A program made the position numbers and the translations under genes. A DNA stretch of 59,760 bases from a virus. Lineage: Duplodnaviria > Caudoviricetes. The stretch covers positions 1 to 59,760 of the IMG/VR virus record IMGVR_UViG_3300045135_000357. The stretch is one strand, 5' to 3'. The notes under the pieces are model-generated. The model was not told the origin of the DNA, made no database searches, and worked only from the letters and a program-made list of their open reading frames with translations. Shown here one piece after another: positions 26,892-36,600 of the stretch. Within the stretch, counting starts at the first letter, position 1; every line of letters starts with the position of its first letter.

Positions 26892-28286
26892 ATGGCAAGC
26901 ACGTATTCAAACCTGAAGATTGAGCTCATCGGAGACGGTGAACAAGTCAGCGTGTGGGGCGCTACGACGAACAACAACTTCGAGGCGTTCGAACAAGCTA
27001 TCGGCGGCTACGCGGATGTCGACTTCGCATCGGATGCAGATAAGACGCTTAGTTACTCCGATAGTAACGCGCAGCAAACGTTCCGCGCTCTGTATCTGAA
27101 CGTCACCTCTTCGGTATCTTTAACCGCTACGCGTAAGCTGGTCGTCCCTGCGGTCCAGAAGATGTACATCGTCAAGAACGGCACGACTGGCGACCAAACG
27201 CTGACTGTTGAGATCAGCGGCGGCACCGGCTCGGATATCCCGAACGGTGAGACCTACATCCTCTATGCAGACGGCACTGACGTTGTGTACGCTGCACCGG
27301 GGCTGTTCTACTTCGATGAGGTAAAGAGTGTAGCTTCGCCTAACGCTACGGTGCCGGTAATTGCACTGGAAGCCGCTGGCGCTGAAACCAACATTGATGC
27401 CGCCCTCGTGCCCAAGGGGACTGGCGCAGTTCTGGCCGGTGTACCTGACAGCTTGGCTGCTGGGGGTAACAAGCGAGGCGATAACGCGGTAGACCTGCAA
27501 ACACAGCGCGGCGCGGCCACTAACGTCGCTGCGGGGGATACGTCTACACTCGCTGGTGGCTCCGACAACACCATTACCTCGGCAGGCACGAACGCGGTTA
27601 TCTCTGGTGGTACATCTAACCAGAATGCCGCAAGCTCCGGGGTAGTGGCTGGAGGTACGACAAACAACCTTGCGTCCACTGCCACTGCAGGTGTGATTAG
27701 CGGTGGTCGAGATAACTCTAACCAAGCCCCGTACGCCGCTGTTGTAGGTGGGCGGGACAACGAGACAAGCGCCAACGCCGAGTACGCCACAGTGCTTGGT
27801 GGATATCAAGCGTCAGCTACTCGGTTTGGGCAGAACGTGCACGCGTCGGGGTCGTTTACTACGACCGTCGGTACGGCGCAGGTATCGCAGCATGTGCTGC
27901 GTATCGAGACGATTAACGAGTTTGTCACACGCGCTACGGCAGACGGTTCGGGTACGGCGGATGCGTACAACACTGTCAACCTGCCAAATAACAGCCTGTA
28001 TGCAGTGCATGGGTTCGTTGCGGCTCAGGATACAAGCTCGGTCGCAGACGCTAAAGTCTGGGAAGTCCATGCGGCCATTCAACGGGGCAATACCGCGGCA
28101 AACACTGCCATTCTAGGTACGCCGACATTGACCGTCATAGCCGAGGACTCCGGTGCAGCTGCATGGGATGTTACGCTCACTGCAGATACAGGCAATGGCG
28201 GTCTGGCCGTATCCGTGGAAGGCGCGGTCGGTACTACGATCCGCTGGGTCTGCTCACTAACTACAACTGAAGTCGTTAACGGGTGA
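26892..28286 (+). CDS. Tail fibre/spike-like protein (464 aa)
   Basis: MASTYS...GEQ...WGATTNNN anchor, KMYIVKNGT, beta-roll-like ISGGxxN repeats. Confidence 0.7.
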   Translation: MASTYSNLKIELIGDGEQVSVWGATTNNNFEAFEQAIGGYADVDFASDADKTLSYSDSNAQQTFRALYLNVTSSVSLTATRKLVVPAVQKMYIVKNGTTGDQTLTVEISGGTGSDIPNGETYILYADGTDVVYAAPGLFYFDEVKSVASPNATVPVIALEAAGAETNIDAALVPKGTGAVLAGVPDSLAAGGNKRGDNAVDLQTQRGAATNVAAGDTSTLAGGSDNTITSAGTNAVISGGTSNQNAASSGVVAGGTTNNLASTATAGVISGGRDNSNQAPYAAVVGGRDNETSANAEYATVLGGYQASATRFGQNVHASGSFTTTVGTAQVSQHVLRIETINEFVTRATADGSGTADAYNTVNLPNNSLYAVHGFVAAQDTSSVADAKVWEVHAAIQRGNTAANTAILGTPTLTVIAEDSGAAAWDVTLTADTGNGGLAVSVEGAVGTTIRWVCSLTTTEVVNG

Positions 28287-28290
28287 TAGT

Positions 28291-28620
28291 ATGGACTGGT
28301 CATGGCTTAACAAATTCTCCGGCGGTCTGGATGTAATTCCGGTATTCATCGCGCTTGGCGGGCTTGTTGCTATGCGCAGACTTGGCCGGGCGCAGGGGAT
28401 TGAGCAGCACTTAGCCCGGCTGTTGGCTATCGTTTGCTTCGTCGCTCTCCCTGTTGCTCAGATCGGCTGGATTGCAGCGGTTATTCAAGGCATTCCCTTT
28501 ATGGGGACGCTGCTCGACAACGTCTGGACTATCTATAATTTCGCGTCGCTGTTTGCGATTCTCCTCCTGCTCCACACTACCGAACCAAGGCAGCGCGGCA
28601 ATGATTCGGCAACTGACTAA
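28291..28620 (+). CDS. Membrane protein with ~3 TM segments (holin/antiholin candidate)
   Basis: Three hydrophobic stretches; upstream of the endolysin. Confidence 0.5.
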   Translation: MDWSWLNKFSGGLDVIPVFIALGGLVAMRRLGRAQGIEQHLARLLAIVCFVALPVAQIGWIAAVIQGIPFMGTLLDNVWTIYNFASLFAILLLLHTTEPRQRGNDSATD

Positions 28621-29032
28621 AACCCTCGAAGCGGTCTGGTACGCCGCAGGTCCCGCGCAGTATCTGCTGTACGGCTTGTGGACTATCGTTGTTTCGGGGA
28701 ATTTTGTACTCGACGGTTGGCACGTGATGTTTCCTGTCATCTGGAAACTGAATGGCGTAGCGGTCATTCTTATCACTGTCTGGGGGTCCATGCGGGCTAA
28801 GCAGTATGTTATTCTGCTTAACGCTATGATTGCGATTGCAGTAGGGGCTATATACACGTCATGCGCCATTATGGTTGGCGCTCAGATTGGCGCGGCAGAT
28901 ATTGATTATCTGCGAGGCTCCACTCAGTCTAACTACTTATCCTTGGTATTGATGGTAGTATGGGGGTATTACTTAGCTAATCTGGTATCGCGTCAGCGTA
29001 TGGAGTTTCGGAAGGTCGGGATCGATGAATGA
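28601..29032 (+). CDS. Membrane protein with ~4 TM segments (start MIRQLTK)
   Basis: Start reassigned to ATG 28601; four hydrophobic stretches. Confidence 0.55.
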   Translation: MIRQLTKTLEAVWYAAGPAQYLLYGLWTIVVSGNFVLDGWHVMFPVIWKLNGVAVILITVWGSMRAKQYVILLNAMIAIAVGAIYTSCAIMVGAQIGAADIDYLRGSTQSNYLSLVLMVVWGYYLANLVSRQRMEFRKVGIDE

Positions 29033-29324
29033 ACAACTTGTAACGATCATCGTTGCGCTGATCTCTGTAATAGGTGGAGCGGGATTCTGGACTTGGATGC
29101 AGAGGAAAAGTGAGTTGTCCCATAGCAGTCAAGCCGCGGAGGCTAAAGAACGCAATGAGTTCCGCGAAACTCTTAAAGTACAAGTTGACCGCTTGGCTGA
29201 ACAAGTGAACGACCTCGTTAAGGAGAAGGAGCAGCTTCTCCGCGAGATGGCTGAAGTGCGCGCAGAATTAGCCGCTGCTCAGACCACTATAAAACACCTC
29301 GAAGAAACATTGAGGAACCGATAG
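29025..29324 (+). CDS. Single-TM coiled-coil protein (holin-like)
   Basis: N-terminal TM (VTIIVALISVIGGAGFW) plus coiled coil, adjacent to the endolysin. Confidence 0.55.
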   Translation: MNEQLVTIIVALISVIGGAGFWTWMQRKSELSHSSQAAEAKERNEFRETLKVQVDRLAEQVNDLVKEKEQLLREMAEVRAELAAAQTTIKHLEETLRNR

Positions 29325-29334
29325 GGAGACACAC

Positions 29335-29964
29335 ATGCCGACCGCATACGAACTTGCACGGAAAGAACTCGGTACTTTTGAATGGGCTGACGGGAGCAAT
29401 CCCCGGGTAGTGCAGTACTTCAAGGACGCTGGACATCCCGAGGTCGTAGACGATGCCGTGGCATGGTGCGCTGCGTTTGTTGGCGCTATGAACGCCCGTG
29501 CCGGTACTCCGAAGACCGGCAAACTGAATGCGCGCAGCTACCAGAGCTGGGGCGAAGAGGTCCCGCTTAGCTCCGCACGTGAAGGCGATATTGTCGTGTT
29601 CTGGCGGAACTCTCCTGATAGTTGGCAAGGCCACGTCGGTTTCTTTGTACGTCGCGATGGCAACAGCATTATCGTGCTTGGCGGCAATCAACGTGACCAA
29701 GTAAGCGAAGCTCCTTACAACGTAGATCGGCTACTTAGTGTTCGTCGCCTACCAGCTACCACGCGCGCAGCACCGGCACAGTCCCGCACTATGCAAGCAA
29801 GCGCACTGGATATCGGTACCAAGGTCGGTGCAGGCGCAACGGCTATCGCGGCACTGGATGGATACGCGCAGTACATTGTGCTCGGGTTTGTCGGGTTCGG
29901 GTTGCTTATGACGATCTGGATTATGCGTGAGCGCTTGAAGAAATGGGCTAACGGGGTACGTTGA
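29335..29964 (+). CDS. Endolysin, TIGR02594-like cysteine peptidase (NlpC/P60-CHAP clan) with hydrophobic C-terminus
   Basis: DDAVAWCAAFV, ARSY, GDIVVF, GHVGF, LGGNQ. Confidence 0.85.
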   Translation: MPTAYELARKELGTFEWADGSNPRVVQYFKDAGHPEVVDDAVAWCAAFVGAMNARAGTPKTGKLNARSYQSWGEEVPLSSAREGDIVVFWRNSPDSWQGHVGFFVRRDGNSIIVLGGNQRDQVSEAPYNVDRLLSVRRLPATTRAAPAQSRTMQASALDIGTKVGAGATAIAALDGYAQYIVLGFVGFGLLMTIWIMRERLKKWANGVR

Positions 29965-30200
29965 TGCTGTTCGGACGCCTAAAATTATACGCTGCGGCGG
30001 TGGGGGCGTTCATCGTAGCTTTGGTGTTGGCGTTCTTTGGGGGACGCCGCTCGGGGATTATCGAAGGTAAGGTTAAGAGCACACAAGATACGCTGGACAA
30101 GATGCGAACGGCTAAGGGGATCGAAAATGAAATTGAACTTCTCGACGACGCTGGTCTTGCTGATCGGGCTTCTAAGTGGGTGCGCGAGCCTGACCAATGA
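29961..30200 (+). CDS. Inner-membrane spanin (Rz-like)
   Basis: N-terminal TM, helical remainder, after the endolysin, overlapped by a lipoprotein gene. Confidence 0.7.
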   Translation: MMLFGRLKLYAAAVGAFIVALVLAFFGGRRSGIIEGKVKSTQDTLDKMRTAKGIENEIELLDDAGLADRASKWVREPDQ

Positions 30201-30333
30201 CTCATACTGCGACCTAACAGAGCCGCATTTATTTGCACGCGAAGATGTTGTAGACTGGCTGTTAACTAATGACCGTGAGTTGCTGCAAAGCATTGTAACG
30301 GCTAACGAGAAGTATGACCGCCTATGCCGCTGA
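30127..30333 (+). CDS. Outer-membrane spanin lipoprotein (Rz1-like)
   Basis: MKLNFSTTLVLLIGLLSG-C lipobox; overlapped in another frame with the i-spanin; two further Cys. Confidence 0.75.
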   Translation: MKLNFSTTLVLLIGLLSGCASLTNDSYCDLTEPHLFAREDVVDWLLTNDRELLQSIVTANEKYDRLCR

Positions 30334-32192
30334 AGAAACTTGTATTTAAGCCCGGGATCAACCGCGAACGCACTGACTACACCAATGAAGGTGGTTGGTA
30401 CGACTGCGATAAAGTCCGCTTCCGTCAGGGATTTCCAGAGAAGATCGGCGGTTGGAGCCGCATCTCCGCGTCTACGTTCCTTGGCACGTGTCGCTCGCTC
30501 CTGAAATGGATTACGCTGTCAGGGGTTAACCACATTGGTGTTGGCACTAACCTCAAGTTCTACATCGAGGGTGGCGGTATCTATAACGATATCACCCCGA
30601 TCCGCCTGACGACCTCAGCTGGCACCACTACGTTCGCCGCATCTAACGGGTCCAACATCCTCACAGTGACGCATACTGCACACGGTGCAGTGAGTGGCGA
30701 TTTTGTTACGTTTGCGAATGCGGTTTCTCTCGGAGGCAACGTCACCGCCGCAGTGTTGAATCAAGAGCTTCAGATCAGCCACGTCGTCGACGCCAACACG
30801 TATGAGATCACGCTCGATGTAACCGCAAACGCCTCGGATACGGGCAACGGGGGCTCGGCCACTACCGCCGCCTACCAGATCAATACCGGTGCGGAGTATT
30901 CAATCCCCCTGCTTGGGTGGAGTGCCGGTGGCTGGGGTTACGGCCCATGGGGTGAGGGGGAGTCGGACGAGCTACCGCTGCGTTTGTGGAGCCAGACCAA
31001 CTTCGGTGAAGACCTGATCTTTGGCCCCCGTGGCGGAGGAATCTACTACTGGGACGCCACAAACGGCGTGCATACACGTGGAGTGGCCTTGTCGTCGCTT
31101 GCTGGGGCGTCGAATGTTCCGACAGTGCAGAACTTCATCCTCGTATCCGACGTCAGCCGCTTTACGTTTGCGTTCGGGTGTAACGAGCTTGGCTCAGCCA
31201 CCCAAGACCCCATGCTGATCCGCTGGTCGGACCAAGAAGACCCCACAAATTGGACTCCTGCGTCAACCAACCAAGCCGGTGGGCTTGGCCTATCTCGTGG
31301 TACTGAGATCGTCACAGCGATTCAGTCACGTCAGGAAATTCTGGTCTGGACAAACTCGTCGCTATATTCCCTGCAGTATATAGGCGGTGCCGAAGGCTGG
31401 GGTGCACAACTCGTTGGGGACAACATTTCTATCGCTTCCCAGAACGCCGTGGCATACGCCAATGGCGTAGCCTACTGGATGGGGCGTGATAAGTTCTACA
31501 TGTACGATGGCCGCACGATGCCGCTGCCGTCTGACGTCCGCCGCTTCGTCTTCGAAGACTTTAACAGTAAGCAGATCGAGCAAGTGCACGGCGGCACTAA
31601 CGAGTCGTATCACGAAATCTGGTGGTTCTACTGCTCTAGCGGGCAGACAGAGATCGACCGGTATGTAGTGTACAATTACCTCGAAAACACATGGTACTAC
31701 GGCACCATGGCTCGCACTGCATGGTTGGATACTGGACTACGGGAAAAGCCGCTTGCTGCTACGTATGTGAACAACCTCGTCAACCAAGAGTCTGGTAACG
31801 ACAGCGACGTCACGGGCACAAACGAGCCCATCAACGCGTATGTCACATCTACACAGTTTGACATCGAAGATGGGGACAGGTTCTCGTTTATCTGGCGCGT
31901 ACTGCCGGACATTACGTTCGACGGGTCTACCGCGTCTGCACCGGCTGCGACACTGACGATGATCCCGATGAACAACTCTGGTTCTGGATACAACACCCCT
32001 GAGTCCATCGGCGGTAACAGTTCCGGTGCCGTTGCTCGGACCGCGACTATCCCAGTAGAGGCGTTCACACAGCAGCTGAACATCCGAGTGCGAGGGCGTC
32101 AGCTTGTGCTAAAATTAGAATCCGATGCCCTTGGGGTACAATGGCAGCTCGGGTCTCCGCGGATCGACCTGCGCCCTGATGGGAGGCGGTAG
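30324..32192 (+). CDS. Tail tube/nozzle protein (P22 gp10 or tubular protein B-like)
   Basis: FKPGINRE, KIGGW, IRWSDQE, EIWWFY, DLRPDGRR; beta-rich 622 aa. Confidence 0.7.
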   Translation: MPLKKLVFKPGINRERTDYTNEGGWYDCDKVRFRQGFPEKIGGWSRISASTFLGTCRSLLKWITLSGVNHIGVGTNLKFYIEGGGIYNDITPIRLTTSAGTTTFAASNGSNILTVTHTAHGAVSGDFVTFANAVSLGGNVTAAVLNQELQISHVVDANTYEITLDVTANASDTGNGGSATTAAYQINTGAEYSIPLLGWSAGGWGYGPWGEGESDELPLRLWSQTNFGEDLIFGPRGGGIYYWDATNGVHTRGVALSSLAGASNVPTVQNFILVSDVSRFTFAFGCNELGSATQDPMLIRWSDQEDPTNWTPASTNQAGGLGLSRGTEIVTAIQSRQEILVWTNSSLYSLQYIGGAEGWGAQLVGDNISIASQNAVAYANGVAYWMGRDKFYMYDGRTMPLPSDVRRFVFEDFNSKQIEQVHGGTNESYHEIWWFYCSSGQTEIDRYVVYNYLENTWYYGTMARTAWLDTGLREKPLAATYVNNLVNQESGNDSDVTGTNEPINAYVTSTQFDIEDGDRFSFIWRVLPDITFDGSTASAPAATLTMIPMNNSGSGYNTPESIGGNSSGAVARTATIPVEAFTQQLNIRVRGRQLVLKLESDALGVQWQLGSPRIDLRPDGRR

Positions 32193-32815
32193 TGGCTAAC
32201 CGTATCGAGCGCCCACAGCCACCTGCATTGCCGCAGGCACCGCTAAGCTACAATCGTAGCTATAAAGACCAGTTCAACAACGTGTTGCGCCTGTTCTTCC
32301 GACGCTTGACGGGTACGCTCGACGACCTACTCAGCACCAGTGACGGGGGTAAATTCCTCTACATGCCACGTGGGCTGTTCTACAGCACTACAGCACAGAC
32401 CGCTGCCGCTACTAGCACAGGCTACCCCGTCGAGTTCGAAAACGTGTATATTGGCAATGGTGTCAGTATTGCTGGTACGGACGATACACGCATTACGGTG
32501 ACAGCGGACGGAGTTTATAACTTCCAAGTCACCCTAATGACGCAGCACACGAACTCGTCTGACGCTACGGTTTGGACTTGGATAAACAAGAACGGCACAG
32601 ACGTGCCATACGGCGCTAAAAAACAGACAATCAAGGGCAACGCTGACCAACCTATCTACTGGAACTTCTCCATCGATGTAGAGGCAGGGCAGTATATCGA
32701 GATGTATTGGGCAACTGACGACCTCACGCTGAGTCTTCATGCTGAAGCGGCTACTTCGCCCCATCAGGGAATCCCGTCTGCAGTCGTTGCGGTATCCTTT
32801 GTAAGTAACCTATAA
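32192..32815 (+). CDS. Tail-tip/needle-like protein with C1q/BclA-like C-terminal domain
   Basis: Helical N-terminus then RITVTADGVYNFQV...AGQYIEMYW jelly-roll pattern. Confidence 0.55.
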   Translation: MANRIERPQPPALPQAPLSYNRSYKDQFNNVLRLFFRRLTGTLDDLLSTSDGGKFLYMPRGLFYSTTAQTAAATSTGYPVEFENVYIGNGVSIAGTDDTRITVTADGVYNFQVTLMTQHTNSSDATVWTWINKNGTDVPYGAKKQTIKGNADQPIYWNFSIDVEAGQYIEMYWATDDLTLSLHAEAATSPHQGIPSAVVAVSFVSNL

Positions 32816-32847
32816 TGGTGGCACCCTGAACAGAAAGGTGCGAAACC

Positions 32848-33129
32848 ATGGATTTCCTCGAAGTCTTCAACCAAGTGATAAACCACGCGGTGACTAGGCC
32901 CGAAAACGCAAAAGATGCAACGGACTACAACGTAGAGCCAATAGATATTGGACTTGACAGTCTGGATGTGGTAATGGTCGTGGCAGTCCTTACCGATGTG
33001 TATGGCATACCAGATGACGCCGAGTTCGATGACGTGTCTAAAGTCACCGTTGGCACACTGCGCGACTACATAAACACCAACAAAACCAAAGACCCGAAGT
33101 CTATGGAAGATGTTATGGGATGCGTGTGA
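32848..33129 (+). CDS. Acyl carrier protein-like
   Basis: 93 aa, acidic, DIGLDSLDVV phosphopantetheine-attachment motif, YGIPD and TVGTLRDYI. Confidence 0.8.
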   Translation: MDFLEVFNQVINHAVTRPENAKDATDYNVEPIDIGLDSLDVVMVVAVLTDVYGIPDDAEFDDVSKVTVGTLRDYINTNKTKDPKSMEDVMGCV

Positions 33130-33602
33130 TGCCCACAGTCGTAGACAGCAGACAGAACCAGCTTCCTGCACCGGAGATCATTATCCGGTTTACGCAGGAG
33201 ATGAACGACACTGAGTACCCTGTACAGAACGTACTCGCGGCTATCGCCAAAGAGCTAACCATGCCAAACACCGATCAAGTCCAGATCGGGAACACGGTGT
33301 TTATTGGGAACCGGGGTAAGGGCAAGCACAAGAACGCGATGGTGGGGCGAGCCCTTAACATCGACACCGGACAAAATTTCGTGCGTAGCGGGCTAAAGTA
33401 CCTCTCCTACCTGCAAAACAAGGGCATTCGCTACTACCGTACCGAATTTAACGCACCGGAGTATGTATCTGCGTTCAAGTTCTGGTATAACAAATTAAGT
33501 GGCACTGACACCGAAGTCGACGTGGTACAATTAGATAACGGCTCGTATCGTGCGTACATCTATATCGGGGATGACTCCCTGAAAGCGTTTTGGAGATTGT
33601 AA
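33129..33602 (+). CDS. Hypothetical protein (157 aa), possibly GNAT-like fold
   Basis: TGATG coupling to the ACP; alpha/beta pattern; occupies the slot before ejection proteins. The fold is inference only. Confidence 0.5.
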   Translation: MPTVVDSRQNQLPAPEIIIRFTQEMNDTEYPVQNVLAAIAKELTMPNTDQVQIGNTVFIGNRGKGKHKNAMVGRALNIDTGQNFVRSGLKYLSYLQNKGIRYYRTEFNAPEYVSAFKFWYNKLSGTDTEVDVVQLDNGSYRAYIYIGDDSLKAFWRL

Positions 33603-36600
33603 ATGCCACCACTTGTAGCAGCAGCCATAGGATATGGTGCAGGTGCCATCGCCGTATCTGCGGGCGCAACAGTTGGCGCGGCGGTAGTCGTCGGTGCGGG
33701 TACCGCAATCCTAGCGCATGAATCCGGCGCAGCGGACTGGGTTTTCGACAACATAGTTGAGCCGATAGGTGAGGGTATACAGGACGTACTAACATCTGAC
33801 GTTGGTCGGGGCCTCCTTAAAGCAGCCGCTGCAATTACCCCGGGTATGCAGTGGGCTATCCCGCTCATTGACGCCGCAGGTGCTCTTGCAGAGGGTGGTA
33901 ATATCGGGGACGCGCTGAAAGCCGCCGCGGTTTCCTATGTTGGTGGTAAACTTGGTAGTGCTATTGGCGAGTACGCTGGGCAAGTTGCTGTCGAAGCTAC
34001 AGGTTCGCAGGTCGTGGGGCAGATCGTCGGGGGCGGCGCAGGGAGAGCGACCGTTGCCCTTGTTATGGGGCAAGACCCCGTAGAGGCATTCCTCCAAGGT
34101 GGGTTAAGTGCAGGGCTTAGCGCTGCCGCTGGCTGGATCGAGCAGCAGGGCATCGAATCCGGTGCGGGTCAGACGTGGTCTAACCTGCCGGACGCTGCAC
34201 AGAACGTCATCACGGCGTCGCTTAGCGCTGCGTTGTCTGGGGAAGACATAACTGAAGAGCTTATCTGGAACGCCGTTCTGTCTTCGGAGGTAGTATCTAA
34301 AACGGTTAGCGGGTTCCTAGAGAACAATACCGGGCTCAATGATGGTCAGATAGCTGCGCTGACTATGGGTATCCAGCGTACCGCCGCAGTTGCGTTTAGT
34401 GGTGGGGACGTATCGCAGGAAATCCTTAACCAGATCGACAACTACGCAAACAATGCGTTTACTGAGTGGTTTGACAATACCGAGGCTGGTATTGCGGTTA
34501 ACACCACCATGGACAAGATCACCGGGGACTACCAGCGGGTAGCCGCCCAAACTGAAGCCATGGATGCGAAAGGTGCTGAATACAACGAGGCGTTTGCGGC
34601 ATACGAAGCTACGGTAACGGCTATCAACGAGGGTGTGGCTAAGAGTACCGAACTGCAAACCGCATACGAACGGGCACTCCAAAACTTCCAAGCGAACGAA
34701 TCGCAAGAGAACGCAGACGCGCTATCGGCAGCACTCGATGCGTATAACGAACACAATACCGCCTTTAACGAGCGGTACGAGAACACGCTGAAACCGAACC
34801 TAGACTATTACGAGGGGCGGATACCCGAGATCGAAGCTGAGTTCGCCGAGCTATCGGATGAGTACGGTGCGCTCGTGGCTGATCTGACGATAACCACAGA
34901 GCAGCTCGGCGATGAGCTAACTCCGCTGTACGGAGAACTGGATCGTACATTCGTGCAGTTTATGAACCCTGACTTTGACGAAGAGGTGTATCGGCAGGTT
35001 GCTGGGCTAGACGCCGATGAGGATGCTTATCTGCACTGGCTAACCACTGGTAAGGAGCAGGGGCTACCTACGAACGCCGCTGACGCCAAGCAGGCGTACA
35101 ACACCAAGTTCACCCAAATCCTCCAGACGACGCTCGAACGTAACGGGCTGACTCTAGGCGACATAAGTAAGACGCAGTTCGACGCGTTTGTAGCGGGTAT
35201 TAGCGAGCAGTACCCAGACTACAAATCTATCGACATGGCACCGCAGTACGAGATCGCCGATCAGTTCGCGGAAGACTACGCTCTGTTCCTGCGGATGCAG
35301 CAGGCGTCGCGGGACGAGGCAGCGGATATACAAACAGTTCTTGATGACTGGGCATACCTGCAGGGAAACGAGGAGGAGCAAGCAGAGTTACGCGCACAGG
35401 CTGGTGCGATACAGGATATTATCGATAGCTACCAAATTGCAAAAGACGACCCGCCCACGACCCCTGCGGCGGAAGGCGAGATCGAGACCTTGCAAACCCT
35501 GTTTGCGGCTTACGATTACGCAAAGGCAAACGACCTATCGTTCTTTGGAGACATTACCCCCGAAATCGTTGAACTCTTAGCGCTTGTCGGTGTCGACGAC
35601 GCTCTTGTGGGGGAGCCCCTAACTGATTCGGACCTTACTGCGCTGCGCTATAGGCTGAGCCAGCTTACCGGGGGCGTAATCACCGACACCATGACGCGCG
35701 CCTTATCCGCGGCCGGTGTCGATGGCTTTATGGAGGGGGAGTCCCTAATTGATTCGGACATTGCTACCCTACAGGGCAGCTTGGACCGGCTTGATGCGGG
35801 TGTAATTACCCCAGAGATCGCTGAACTTCTACGTAATGTAGTAGGTATCGACGACTTCTTCGTCGGGGAAAATCTATCACCGGATGATATTGACGCACTG
35901 CAAAACAGGGTGATCGCACTTACCCAAGTCGCAGATTTAAATGATGTAACTTTCGAAGATGCAGGCGTATCCGATGTAAACATTGGGAGTGGTATAGCGC
36001 GCGCCACTTACGATCCTGAATCTGGGCTGTGGGACTGGGACGAAATAGGCTTAAGCACGGGGTTCTGGTCCCCGGAACTAGGCCGCATGGTGCGGCAATT
36101 TGAATACTATAAATCCGAAGGCGAACCGACGGGGGACTTTATCCAAGGAGAGGGTCTCCCACCCGGAGTGGGTATCACGCCGGGCCTCACGCTCACCGAC
36201 GAGAAGGTGTATTATTACCAAGACGCTATCACTGGTGAGTGGATTACGAAGCCAGCCGCTGACGGTGTTAGTATTTCTTTCGGAACTGGCTCGGCGTACC
36301 AATTTGACACCCCCTTACAAGGTGTGCTTGAGACGACGGGCGTCGGGCAAACACTTGCTGACCTGAGAGAAACTGCACCGGTAGCGTTCATCGAAGAGAC
36401 CGCTAAACTCTCGGCTGACGGTGCCGCAGCTATCGCAGGCATCGTTGGCGACGCAGTAGTTGACTTCTCACGTAATGTTGTCGAGTACGCCGATAACAGC
36501 GACACCGCCGTAGGCGATGGGTTCCTTAACGGTGCTGGTCTTGTCCTAGAGGCAGGCGGCGAGTTGCTTGAGACGTTTAACAACATGTTGTTACTGGCCA

